Notes under the pieces: model-generated
The model's database searches: none
Seen by the model: only the letters and a program-made list of their open reading frames with translations
Told to the model about the DNA's origin: nothing
Shown here: positions 29,429-39,385 of the stretch, piece after piece
Layout: the number at the start of each line of letters is the position of its first letter
Position numbering within the stretch: the first letter of the stretch is position 1
Program-made: the position numbers and the translations under genes
Assembly (NCBI GenBank): GCA_042218715.1
Contig: JBDGQU010000097.1
Location: 1 to 48,883, forward strand
Direction: 5' to 3'
DNA from: Candidatus Bipolaricaulia bacterium
GTDB lineage: Bacteria; Bipolaricaulota; Bipolaricaulia; M55B111
DNA: 48,883 bases

Positions 29429-29587
29429 CCTTAGTTGCATGGGCGACGATAAATTGATTAGCATTAACTCGCCTTCCGATATTTGTATTTGAGGCAGTAG
29501 TTTAGTGCGGAACTTTTTCTCAAGCAATGTTAGGATGATCCCGGAAATTTAGGATTAAATTTGGACCTTGTCCACCTGGAGAGATAA

Positions 29588-31900
29588 ATGAAACCGGTTA
29601 AGCCAAATCAGCGGGTTACACTGGCGGTTATCTTTGTAATATTTACCGTCAGTCTATTTTCTCCTCTCGCCTTTCCCGGTGAAACCTATTCTCGATCGAA
29701 GAAAATCGATCCGTTACTGAATTATTTAATTGAGAGGAATCGGCGACTAAAACAGCAAGGAAAAGAAGGAATCGATCTCGGAGCGTTGGCGGGTTCCCTG
29801 GAAGTTTACGAGGGCGAAAGTCTTAAGGGGAGAGCGGTGAGCGTGGAAGGATCGGTTAAACGAGGGGCCGCCAGGAAAACGATAGGATTGGACTTTCGCC
29901 CCGGGGCAAAGCTGGGAATACTCGTGAAGTTCAAAAAGTCTACGTCCTTCGTTAACAAGCCAGAAGTAACGCTCAACTCACGGGTCGGCACCATTGCTAC
30001 CGGCCTGGGCAGTTTGGAAGGTATATCCGCTCTAGCAGCTGATCCGGAAGTGAAATACGTTGCGCCTTCAAAACCTGTTAGGCCGTTATTAAATAAGAGT
30101 TTGACTCTGATAGGAGCGGACACTTTACATACTACCCAACCTGTCGATAGGGGGGAAGGAATTTTGATTGGTGTAGTGGATTCGGGCATCGATTACGATC
30201 ATTTGGACTTTCGGGTTGATAGCGATCCTTCCCTGCCCGGGGAAGAGACCTCTCGTATATCGTTTATTTGGGATCAGACCGATAACTATTCCAGTCCCCC
30301 TCCCGGTTACGCTTATGGAACGGAATACACGAACTATGAAATAGAACAAGATATAAGAGCCAATACAGGACCGTCTGCTGGTAGCGTTAGAGAAAAGGAC
30401 GTTGTCGGTCATGGGACTCACGTAGCGGGTATAGCTGCGGGCGATGGTTCCTCCTCGAACTCGGGTTACGTAGGCATGGCCCCCGCAGCATCCCTCGTAG
30501 CAGTAAAGACCAACTTTTCTACCAGTTCTATAATTGACGGCGTGAGTTATATTGTCAGTAAAGCGAACGATCTCGGAAAGTCAGCGGTAGTGACCAACTT
30601 GTCTCTCGGAACCCAGTTGGGCCCTCATGACGGCACTTCCCTGTTCGAATCCGCGCTGAATGATTTAGTTTCGAAAGATCATTTAATCACCGTATCAGCC
30701 GGAAATTCAGGGGACAAAAAAATTCATCACGGTCACAAATTTGCGCAGGGTGAGGAACGAACTTTTGAGGTCTCCTTGCCCGGGTACGCTCCTCTGGCCG
30801 ATACCGCTGACTACTTGACGCTGGACGGTTACTACGACTATTCGGGAAATATATCAGTCCGGATCCAGGGCCCCAGCGGTGATGGGACGGAATCAGTCAG
30901 TCGGGGCGAGTCGGGTTCCTACGATTTGGCTGGTGGGTCGGTGTTTATTTCAAATGGGCCCTCCAACGTGAACGATGACAACGAAATTTTCGTGAGGATA
31001 GGGGACATTGCCGGGAGTAGTCCACCTGATCCGGGAGATTGGACGATTAGAGTGAAGGCAATAACCGGAGCAAGGCTGGATATCTGGGTCGCAGATAATT
31101 TACTTGGCGGGTCCTACAGATCGCTGGAATTTACTAACGGGAATACGAAAATGACTATCGCCGAACCGGGAAACGCGGAGAAACTATTGACGGTTGGTTC
31201 GTTTAACAGTAGGAACAGCTGGGGAAGTTATTCCATCGCTGGGTACCCGATAGGTGAATTAAGTGATTTTAGCAGTAACGGCCCGACAAGGGACGGTAGG
31301 GTTAAACCGGATATCGTCGCTCCGGGAGCCTGGGTTGTATCTACTCTTTCCGAATCCGCCACTGTCCAGGACTATCTAAAGGTGGCGGACGGGAAACACT
31401 GGGCCCTGGCCGGGACCAGTATGTCAGCTCCCCACGCGGCCGGAGCTGGCGCCCTGATCTGGCGGGCTTCTTCCGAATTAACTTCGGGGGAAGTATCCGA
31501 ATTGCTAGAGCAGACGGCGGACGACGGGAACTACATGGTTCCGAACGATAGCAGGGGTTGGGGGAAACTAAATGCCAAAGCGGGGGTTTACGGTTCCGGT
31601 ATGCAGGTTGAGGAAATTAATCAGGAACTCTGGGTCCGCGCGACCCCTAATCCTGCCGAGGATTACGTAGACTTTTTCTTCCGTCACCCCGAGAATCCTG
31701 AAAATTTGAAGATTCAGATCTATAACGTTCTGGGGAAACCGGTTAAAACAATAACGGGAGACAAATTAGAGGGTAGCTTCAAGTACAGATGGGATTTGAA
31801 TAACGACAGGGGAATTCCTCTTGCGAACGGGTTGTACGTTTACTTAATTAGGACCAGTAATTCCAGGTCGGATTTAAGCCGTCTTGTTATAAGAAGATGA
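29588..31900 (+). CDS. Secreted S8 (subtilisin-family) serine peptidase with T9SS-type (type A) C-terminal sorting domain
   Basis: 770 aa. Signal peptide; catalytic triad contexts VVDSGID, HGTHVAG and GTSMSAPH. The last ~85 aa (from about nt 31630) show the pattern ATPNPAEDYVDF...IYNVLGKPV...WDL...GIPLANGLYVYLI. Confidence 0.85.
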   Translation: MKPVKPNQRVTLAVIFVIFTVSLFSPLAFPGETYSRSKKIDPLLNYLIERNRRLKQQGKEGIDLGALAGSLEVYEGESLKGRAVSVEGSVKRGAARKTIGLDFRPGAKLGILVKFKKSTSFVNKPEVTLNSRVGTIATGLGSLEGISALAADPEVKYVAPSKPVRPLLNKSLTLIGADTLHTTQPVDRGEGILIGVVDSGIDYDHLDFRVDSDPSLPGEETSRISFIWDQTDNYSSPPPGYAYGTEYTNYEIEQDIRANTGPSAGSVREKDVVGHGTHVAGIAAGDGSSSNSGYVGMAPAASLVAVKTNFSTSSIIDGVSYIVSKANDLGKSAVVTNLSLGTQLGPHDGTSLFESALNDLVSKDHLITVSAGNSGDKKIHHGHKFAQGEERTFEVSLPGYAPLADTADYLTLDGYYDYSGNISVRIQGPSGDGTESVSRGESGSYDLAGGSVFISNGPSNVNDDNEIFVRIGDIAGSSPPDPGDWTIRVKAITGARLDIWVADNLLGGSYRSLEFTNGNTKMTIAEPGNAEKLLTVGSFNSRNSWGSYSIAGYPIGELSDFSSNGPTRDGRVKPDIVAPGAWVVSTLSESATVQDYLKVADGKHWALAGTSMSAPHAAGAGALIWRASSELTSGEVSELLEQTADDGNYMVPNDSRGWGKLNAKAGVYGSGMQVEEINQELWVRATPNPAEDYVDFFFRHPENPENLKIQIYNVLGKPVKTITGDKLEGSFKYRWDLNNDRGIPLANGLYVYLIRTSNSRSDLSRLVIRR

Positions 31901-32847
31901 ACGGGAAAAAGGGAGCGGATATGAAATCGAGAAATAGGTTGCTTTTGACGGTTATATTTTTTGCTGCAGTATTGATCCTGGCATCCGGGACTGTGCAGGG
32001 TCAGGAGGAGTACAGTAATGCCGGGGCATTGTTGGATCTCGGGCAGGGTGCGAGGCCGATGGGGATGGGTGGGGCCTTTGTGGGATTGGCTGACGACGAA
32101 AACGCGGTTTACTATAACCCCGCGGGGCTAGCCAATTTGAGCGATTTCGGGGTTACTACCCTCTGGAGCCCTCAGTTTGGTTTCCTAGATTACGGCGGGG
32201 TGGGGGTAGTTGGTAAATACGTCGGGTTTAGTTCTTCGGTCCTCTTTTCGGGTTCGATAGCAGTTCCCAATGAATTCGGAGTCGATACGGGAACCAGTTT
32301 CAGCTATTTCAGTGGCCACGGGGTCCTTGGTTTTGGGTTCCCGGTATTGTCTCACCTGTCACTGGGGGGTAAGGTAAAGTATTATTACTCTCATCTTACC
32401 CTTGAATCCACTGATGACGGTTACGGATGGTCGGTAGATCCGGCAATTATGGCTAAAGGAGGTAACTTCGGTCTGGGAGTGACTGTCGAAAACGTCCTTA
32501 CCCGGGGGATCGTCTACGGTTCGGATTACAAAGAGCAACTGGAAAGGAAATTGCGAGCGGGAATTTCTTACAGTTCAAGAATAGATGAAAACATGAAGTT
32601 AAATCTATTGGCGGATATCGAGGCCCCTTTCGATTCGATAGGAACCACCGATTACGGGCTGGTTAAACCCCACCTGGGACTCGAACTCTGGCTGTCGAAT
32701 CTCGGCGTGAGAGCGGGGTATAACGGCAGAGCTTTTACCGTGGGGTCGAGTCTGGCTCTTTCCAACCTAAGAGTTGATTGGGCACTTTCCGCTTACATGT
32801 CCGGAATCACGGAGACCCATCGAGTCTCTTTAGTTTATAGATTTTAG
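31897..32847 (+). CDS. PorV/PorQ-like (FadL-superfamily) outer-membrane beta-barrel protein
   Basis: 316 aa. Signal peptide; N-terminal motif GARPMGMGGAFVGLADDENAVYYNPAGLANL; alternating beta pattern; C-terminal VYRF. ATG 31897 overlaps the protease stop (ATGA). An alternative ATG at 31921 has a better RBS (AAGGGAG). Confidence 0.6.
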   Translation: MNGKKGADMKSRNRLLLTVIFFAAVLILASGTVQGQEEYSNAGALLDLGQGARPMGMGGAFVGLADDENAVYYNPAGLANLSDFGVTTLWSPQFGFLDYGGVGVVGKYVGFSSSVLFSGSIAVPNEFGVDTGTSFSYFSGHGVLGFGFPVLSHLSLGGKVKYYYSHLTLESTDDGYGWSVDPAIMAKGGNFGLGVTVENVLTRGIVYGSDYKEQLERKLRAGISYSSRIDENMKLNLLADIEAPFDSIGTTDYGLVKPHLGLELWLSNLGVRAGYNGRAFTVGSSLALSNLRVDWALSAYMSGITETHRVSLVYRF

Positions 32848-32862
32848 TCTGGCGGATAATTT

Positions 32863-35800
32863 GTGAAACAGTATAGCTGGTATAGTAGGGTTATTTTGGT
32901 TTTTCTTGTTGGCCTTTTTAGTTTACTTGCTTTTTCCAATCAGGGACAGGGGTTAACAGTCCAGACCGGTTCGTTCAAAATTGATTTACAGGGAAAGAAA
33001 ACGTGGACGGTTAAATTTGGTATAGGGGACGGAAAAAGCCTTTCCCGGGTCGGTTACCCCAGCAATTCCTATTCTCTGTCTCAGACATTAAAGGTTAACA
33101 CGACGGGACAGCTTGGCGAGTACTTTACACTGAGCGCCAATCTAAACGATACCAAACCGGGATACCTCCAGAAATTCGAGCTAAAAATGGATACGGATAA
33201 TTGGGATGGACGACTGGGTGATTTTAGCACCGGCAAGGAAAATTTTACCGTCTACAACAAGAAGCTTCTCGGACTGGAGCTCAGCGGAGAGTTAGGTGGG
33301 TCAGAGCTCAATGTGGTGGCGGGCCGCTTGGAGGGAATATCGGAGACTAAGGTTTTTTATGGGAATATCGGAGAGTCCAAGGTCGAATATTCGCTCTATC
33401 GGGGAGAGACCAAGCTGGAGGAGGCAAGCTATACTAAAAATATCCGGGGTCTGCAGTATTACGAACTACCGACCGAGTACGTAAAAGGGTTTACAGTCCC
33501 GAAACTGGATTTTGAAACATCGGAGGGTTTATGGAAGTTTCTCGATCAGAGGGCTTTAGGTTACCTAAAAGAAGAAATTATCGAAGAACCAGCTAGCGAG
33601 CTGTCCTCCAGCCAGTTCGCCGTGGTTTCTAAAGAGCTTGACTATTTGATATTGCTCGAAAACTGGCAAAGCTTGGTGCGAAACCGCGTAAAAAATTATA
33701 TAGCTCGGTATAATAGGACTCTACCGGAAGAGCAGAAGAAAGAATATCCGTTTAACTCCGGGACGGACTACGAAAAGAAATTTCTCACGGAGCTTAGTAA
33801 CTACGTAGGGCTTTCCCTGGGAGAGTCCCGGCTCCAGTTAACGGAGTACAAGCAGAACAGGTTCTATTACCTCGGTAGAACCGGGGTCAAAGAAGACGAG
33901 TTTAAACTTGAAGTTCGCCGCGACGGGGAGTGGAAGAATGTCGAAAGCCTTTCCGGGTTCGATTTTGAACTATACCCCGAAAAAGGCCTGATTGGACTAG
34001 ATTTTCCCGAACAGTTTTTTGTCGATCTGGAGAATTCAAGGATCAGAGCCCGATTCCAGTACGAGATATCGGGGAAAATGTACAACCTGGGATTATCGGT
34101 TGCGCCAAACAGTGAAAAAGTGTATCTAAACGGAAATCTTCTTCAACGCAACACGGATTATTCGATAGATTACGAGACTGGCTCCCTGTTGATTTTCAGA
34201 GACCTCGGACCAAACGACAAGATTAAGGTCGACTTCGAGCGAGCCCGTGGTGGGCTCGGCGGGTTTGCTCAATATGCCCGGAGTATGTACGGATTTAGTA
34301 CGAGCATGAAGTCAGATTACGGATTGGTATTGGGCGTCAACTTATTCCAGGCGAGGGACAGCGCTCCGGAAAACCTGTCTCCGGAAATTCCGACTATGCC
34401 CAACGTGCATACCGTAGGTGGAGTTAGTGCCCGATACGAGCGGAACGGATGGAACGGTTTAGTTAGGTTTGCCGGTAACGTAAACAGGTTTCCTTCAGAC
34501 GATAACAAGAGGGCCAACCTTCCCAATAGAGTGGTAAAGATAATTTCATTGTCCGGAGTGGGCTACGACATGACCATTTTTGGTCATAAGAACGGGTTTA
34601 CGGTGAACGGTCCGGAGGGATGGGAAAGTTATGGTCCGGAAGACGGCCTGGCCGGTAACAACGTGAATGACGGAATGATAGTCGGAGATCTACTCTTTCT
34701 GGGAACAAATGCGGGTGTAACTACGATCGAGCTAACCGGACCTGCGCCGTTTGCAAGGGCAACGAATTGGAAAAGTTATTACGAGTCCGATGGGCTTCCA
34801 AAAGCCGAGGTAGTCGGTCTGGCAAGACACGGAGAGAAGGTCTGGGCAGCTACCGGTTCGAAGATTGCCCAAACGACGATCGACGCTTTAGCTGAAGATA
34901 AGGGGTGGGAGGAAATTCCTTCCGATTTTGGTAAAGATCTTTCACTGCTGTCGATTGCTTACATGGACGGTCATCTCTGGCTTGGGACTGATCGGGGACT
35001 GTATCTATATGATATCTCCAAAGGGAGCCTCTCCGAGTCGGATCCCAGACTAACGGGGCTGATTAACGACATGGAAGTTGCCGGAGATAATCTGTACGTA
35101 GCTACGAGAGACGGGCTAACCAGGGTCGGGCTGAAGTCGAAACCAGATGAATTGGTAAAGGATACTGCTGTAGAGTCCCTATCGGTTGAAGGCGGAAACG
35201 TCTGGTTCGGAACTGATAGAGGATTCACGAAGGTTGGCTCCCCGACCAGATACGGGAGAAAAACTGTGACCGCGTTACTGTCGGACGGTTCGAAGGTTTG
35301 GGCGGGAAGTAAAGGTTATAGCTCCGAAGACGGTCGTGAGTTGGTGATCTACGAGCTGGGGGAGGGGCTAAAGGAGTTTTATACGGATGAAACTAATATA
35401 AAGGGAGTAGACGGTGATCGGTTCCGTAATATAGATCCATCCCTCCATACGGACAAGGGAGTCTATTTCCAGGCTAAGGTCGGTAAGAAGCTGGATCTGT
35501 GGGCTCGGGACGTTTCCTTTTCAACGAGTTTCGAGTACGTCCAGCCGACCTACAGTCCCATCGGAAAGCTTAAAAGACGTGACGAGGTCACAACTGGAAT
35601 TAGCCTGGACGCGGGAATTACTGAATCCTTTTCTCTCGGGCTCAGTAGTAGTTATTCGGTCTCTTCACTCTCCACCGATAAGAGAAGCTGGTCGATAACC
35701 AATAAGCTATCGGCGGACTGGAAGACGGTGGTTGATACGACTACAGCGATTACCTGGACCACGAAGAAGGGTGGGGTGACCGTGCTGGGACTCGATCTCG

Positions 35801-36798
35801 GCCTAACCAAAACTCTCTTAGAGAAAAGTCTAACTGGTTCTCTGGATTTTTCGGCTGCTCGAGAGACGGACTCGTCCGGGGCGGGAGATAATTACGCCAG
35901 CATCACAGCTGAGCTGGGTATTTCACCAGGTGATTCAACCCTAGTGAATTTAAGTTATTCCTATCCCCTTACCTTTGGCCCGCTGAGTAGAAGGGCCGAC
36001 GAGAAACTCGGGTGGAAGGTCGATTATTCCCGAGGGGTATCGCTGGACGGAGATTACGGAGCCCAACTAAAGCTCAACGGCAAGGGTAACGTCCAGGACT
36101 TATTAAGTGGAGGTAGCCGAGGCTTTAAAAATAAATCAGAGGTAAGGCTGGACTTTGACCGGTTGAGTCTTGGTATGGTCGATCTCACTCCTTATATTTC
36201 TTTATCGTGGAAAGGAACGAATTATTCAAACGAATTTACCGGTGAGGTTTCTAGTAGAGGAAAGTTTTTGGGCGTTTCCTCCCGCACTACGTTGAGTCGA
36301 ACCCTCAGCTTATCTTCTTCCAGCAAACTGGTCGAGTACAAGGATACGATCAAGGGGAAGATAAGTTACAGTGCCGACGGCCTGACTCCCGAGCTGAACT
36401 ATTCGCTAAGCAGGAACCTGTTAAGTCATCCGAATTTTGGGAAGAAGACCAGGTATAATGGCAATCTTACCCTGGGAGTAAAGTGGAAACCGCGGAGTAA
36501 CGTCACTAACGAGTTGAGGAGTGGGGTTAGATATAAGCACGACAAAGGGTTAACCTATACTCTGACGGATATTTTGAACTGGAAACTGACACCCAAACTC
36601 ACACCGGAAGTTAGCCTGAATATGGAGTACCTCCCGGATACCGAAGAGTGGAACTTTTCGGTCAAGTCGGGATTCTCTTATCCTATAAGGAACCGGTGGG
36701 GAGTTTCCTTTACGTCAGGGTTTAACTGGGGGATAGAAGAAACGGGTAACTTGTACAGAAGCTTCTTTGGTTCGGCTGGGCTCCAGGTCAAGTTCTAA
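32863..36798 (+). CDS. 1311-aa secreted/outer-membrane protein: beta-rich N-terminal and C-terminal regions flanking a central Reg_prop-like beta-propeller. Function unknown.
   Basis: GTG start and signal peptide (LLAFSNQGQG). Central repeats of the type GHLWLGTDRGLYLYD, DNLYVATRDGLTRV, GNVWFGTDRGFTKV and SKVWAGSKGY (about nt 34530-35400). The Ser/Thr/Gly-rich C-terminal ~450 aa ends in LQVKF. Confidence 0.7.
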   Translation: MKQYSWYSRVILVFLVGLFSLLAFSNQGQGLTVQTGSFKIDLQGKKTWTVKFGIGDGKSLSRVGYPSNSYSLSQTLKVNTTGQLGEYFTLSANLNDTKPGYLQKFELKMDTDNWDGRLGDFSTGKENFTVYNKKLLGLELSGELGGSELNVVAGRLEGISETKVFYGNIGESKVEYSLYRGETKLEEASYTKNIRGLQYYELPTEYVKGFTVPKLDFETSEGLWKFLDQRALGYLKEEIIEEPASELSSSQFAVVSKELDYLILLENWQSLVRNRVKNYIARYNRTLPEEQKKEYPFNSGTDYEKKFLTELSNYVGLSLGESRLQLTEYKQNRFYYLGRTGVKEDEFKLEVRRDGEWKNVESLSGFDFELYPEKGLIGLDFPEQFFVDLENSRIRARFQYEISGKMYNLGLSVAPNSEKVYLNGNLLQRNTDYSIDYETGSLLIFRDLGPNDKIKVDFERARGGLGGFAQYARSMYGFSTSMKSDYGLVLGVNLFQARDSAPENLSPEIPTMPNVHTVGGVSARYERNGWNGLVRFAGNVNRFPSDDNKRANLPNRVVKIISLSGVGYDMTIFGHKNGFTVNGPEGWESYGPEDGLAGNNVNDGMIVGDLLFLGTNAGVTTIELTGPAPFARATNWKSYYESDGLPKAEVVGLARHGEKVWAATGSKIAQTTIDALAEDKGWEEIPSDFGKDLSLLSIAYMDGHLWLGTDRGLYLYDISKGSLSESDPRLTGLINDMEVAGDNLYVATRDGLTRVGLKSKPDELVKDTAVESLSVEGGNVWFGTDRGFTKVGSPTRYGRKTVTALLSDGSKVWAGSKGYSSEDGRELVIYELGEGLKEFYTDETNIKGVDGDRFRNIDPSLHTDKGVYFQAKVGKKLDLWARDVSFSTSFEYVQPTYSPIGKLKRRDEVTTGISLDAGITESFSLGLSSSYSVSSLSTDKRSWSITNKLSADWKTVVDTTTAITWTTKKGGVTVLGLDLGLTKTLLEKSLTGSLDFSAARETDSSGAGDNYASITAELGISPGDSTLVNLSYSYPLTFGPLSRRADEKLGWKVDYSRGVSLDGDYGAQLKLNGKGNVQDLLSGGSRGFKNKSEVRLDFDRLSLGMVDLTPYISLSWKGTNYSNEFTGEVSSRGKFLGVSSRTTLSRTLSLSSSSKLVEYKDTIKGKISYSADGLTPELNYSLSRNLLSHPNFGKKTRYNGNLTLGVKWKPRSNVTNELRSGVRYKHDKGLTYTLTDILNWKLTPKLTPEVSLNMEYLPDTEEWNFSVKSGFSYPIRNRWGVSFTSGFNWGIEETGNLYRSFFGSAGLQVKF

Positions 36799-36857
36799 TC
36801 CGCTTGTTCGCAAATCGGCTCAAGTTATAGTCTGTGAGGCGAAAACAGGAGGTAATT

Positions 36858-37937
36858 GTGAGTGGCTCTACAATTTACGCGGTCATTATGGCTGGAGGAA
36901 GGGGGCGGCGGCTCTGGCCTCTGAGTACTTCCTCTCGCCCCAAGCAGTTTATAGAAGTAAACGGGAAATCTTTGCTGGCCAGGACATTTGATAGGATCAG
37001 CCCGTTGATCGGACCGGAGCACGTACTCGTAGTTACCAGCAATGGAAAAGGCAATCTGGTAAAGGAAAATATACCTGGTTTGCCGAAGAAAAATATTATC
37101 GAGGAACCGATGGGAAAGAATACGGCTCCCTGTATAGGCTTGGCCGCCATCTATTCCCAAGAAGTCCTGGAGTTGGACGAGGACGATTCGGTAATGGTCG
37201 TGCTACCGGCGGATCATCTGGTGGGAAGGGAAGAAAAATTCAGGGAGATTTTGCAATTGGCGTCGGAAGTCGCTTCGAAGAGAGAAAAGTTGGTTACGCT
37301 GGGAATCAAACCTACTAAGCCCGCCACTGGCTACGGTTATATAGAAGCTGGAGACGTGCTCGAAGGAGCCGAACTAACGAGAGAGGTCGTTGGTTTCAAA
37401 GAGAAACCGGATTCTGCTACGGCTAAGAAGTTTCTAGCTGCGGATAATTATTACTGGAATAGCGGTACTTTTATCTGGCGAACGGACCAGTTTCTGAACC
37501 AATTAGAAAAGTATATGCCCGAGTTGTCAGCTGGGTTGGATAACATAGGGAAAGCACTGGAAGGATCCCGGGGAGATGCGGCATTGAGAGAGGAATACGA
37601 GAAATTATCGCCCACGTCTATAGATTACGGCCTGATGGAAAACGCGGATTCGCGAGCGGTGATACCGGCTTCAGTAGAGTGGTCGGATCTCGGTGATTGG
37701 CCTAGCTTTGAACAATTGATCGAAACGGATGACCGGGGTAATAGCTGTCAGGGGGAGGTAGTTTGTGAGCGCTCTGAGAATAATATAATCTTTAACGACA
37801 CCGAAAAACCGGTAGTGGCACTGGGTCTTTCGGATACCGTGGTTGTTGATACCGGGGAAGCGTTGCTGGTGATGAACAGGGACAGGGCTCAAGAAGTTAA
37901 ACGCGTAGCTCGAGAAATGGAGGATAAGGAGGATTGA
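36858..37937 (+). CDS. manC: Mannose-1-phosphate guanylyltransferase
   Basis: AGGAGG followed 6 nt later by GTG 36858 (the tracked ORF extends to 36834). MAGGRGRRLWPLS nucleotidyltransferase motif. Confidence 0.85.
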   Translation: MSGSTIYAVIMAGGRGRRLWPLSTSSRPKQFIEVNGKSLLARTFDRISPLIGPEHVLVVTSNGKGNLVKENIPGLPKKNIIEEPMGKNTAPCIGLAAIYSQEVLELDEDDSVMVVLPADHLVGREEKFREILQLASEVASKREKLVTLGIKPTKPATGYGYIEAGDVLEGAELTREVVGFKEKPDSATAKKFLAADNYYWNSGTFIWRTDQFLNQLEKYMPELSAGLDNIGKALEGSRGDAALREEYEKLSPTSIDYGLMENADSRAVIPASVEWSDLGDWPSFEQLIETDDRGNSCQGEVVCERSENNIIFNDTEKPVVALGLSDTVVVDTGEALLVMNRDRAQEVKRVAREMEDKED

Positions 37938-37938
37938 A

Positions 37939-38985
37939 ATGATCCTGGATAACGAGAAAGAAATTGAAGAACTGGATCCTCAGGGGATGGTTAATGATCT
38001 GGATACCTTTCCCGAACAGTGTAAAGAAGCGGTTTCTCTGGGAGAGGAGGTTGAGGTTCCGTTCGATTTGAATGATTTCGATAGAGCTTTAGTAACTGGA
38101 ATGGGTGGTTCGGGGATCATTGGCGATTTGTTGTCTCGGTTGCTGGACTTTCCGGTGGAATCAAATAGAGGCTATCATCTGCCCAAAACCGCCCGCCCGG
38201 ACGATTTGTTGATTGCAATTAGCTATTCCGGAAATACGGAAGAAACGCTATCGGCCCTTCGGGACGGTCGGAGACGAGGAATGAATACGGTTTGTTTATC
38301 GACCGGAGGGAAGATGGAAGACTACTGCGCTCGGGAATCCGTTCCCCTTATAAAGATCCCCGTGGGACATCAGCCCCGGGCATCTACCGGATATATGCTT
38401 TTCCCTCTGCTAAAACTTCTTGACAGGGCGGGATTTGCCGGAGCGGTAGACTTCGACCGGTTACTGGAAAATATTGAGGCACTGGCGGAATCCTGGAATA
38501 GCTCCGTGCCGTCGGAAGATAACGGACCAAAAAAGCTTGCCAGGGAATTTGCTGGAAAGGTTCCGATAATCTATGGCACGAAAAGAAATACTCGGGTGGT
38601 AGCCTATCGCTGGAAAACTCAAATTAACGAAAATGCGAAACAGCCGGCGTTCTGGAATGTTTTTCCCGAATTGAATCATAATGAGACCGTCGGTTATCAG
38701 CTGGGCAGCGACCTCATGGAAAACGGCAAAGCGATCATGCTCAAGAACGGTCTTGACCTGGAGAGAAACGAGCTCCGGATGGAGATCATGGAGTCCCTAT
38801 TCGAGGACGAGAACATAGACTATAGTTTAGCTCGAGCCCCGAAGGGGGATAAATTTACCAGAATATTAGGACAGATCTACTTTGGGGATTATTTTTCAGT
38901 TTACCTTGCCCTGTTGAACGAGGTGGACCCTTCCCCCGTAGAATTGATAGAAAGTTTCAAGTCCCGGTTGAAAAGGGCTGGTTAG
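37939..38985 (+). CDS. Bifunctional phosphoglucose/phosphomannose isomerase (SIS domain)
   Basis: 348 aa. GMGGSGIIGDL and ISYSGNTEET motifs. Starts 1 nt after manC. Confidence 0.8.
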   Translation: MILDNEKEIEELDPQGMVNDLDTFPEQCKEAVSLGEEVEVPFDLNDFDRALVTGMGGSGIIGDLLSRLLDFPVESNRGYHLPKTARPDDLLIAISYSGNTEETLSALRDGRRRGMNTVCLSTGGKMEDYCARESVPLIKIPVGHQPRASTGYMLFPLLKLLDRAGFAGAVDFDRLLENIEALAESWNSSVPSEDNGPKKLAREFAGKVPIIYGTKRNTRVVAYRWKTQINENAKQPAFWNVFPELNHNETVGYQLGSDLMENGKAIMLKNGLDLERNELRMEIMESLFEDENIDYSLARAPKGDKFTRILGQIYFGDYFSVYLALLNEVDPSPVELIESFKSRLKRAG

Positions 38986-39129
38986 GGAATTAGGGACGGT
39001 AACCGGCAGAGAACGGGTTAGCGAGCTAAAAATAAACAAGTCAGGGGTGAAATTACCGAGCATGACCAAAATTACCCGGTTTTGACCCGGTAAATTCACA
39101 GGGAAGAGTTAACTGAACGCCTTATGTGT

Positions 39130-39307
39130 TTAGTTCTTTCACCATCTATGGAAACTGGGCGAAAATTCACGAGCGGTGACTTAATTTCATTATTTATCTC
39201 CCTCTACCGCTAACCTGGCTGCCGGATTTAGGGTATTTTCAGGATTTTAAGGTCAAAACAGTTGCCAGGTAAGCGGGAGAGGGAGAATAACAGGTGAGGA
39301 TAACTAA
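39130..39307 (-). repeat. Copy B (inverted orientation) of the intergenic long-hairpin repeat, with a ~25-nt internal deletion relative to copy A
   Basis: 39133-39225 is the reverse complement of 4443-4535 at high identity. Arms are ccctctaccgctaacctggctgccgg and cagttgccaggtaagcgggagaggg. Outer stem ttagttctttcacc / ggtgaggataactaa. Confidence 0.8.
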
Positions 39308-39385
39308 GTTTCTCAACTAAGGACTATTTTTCTCGTAGACTGAGTTAGAAGTTGGTCTCAGGAGAGAGAATCGCACGACTTAGGA

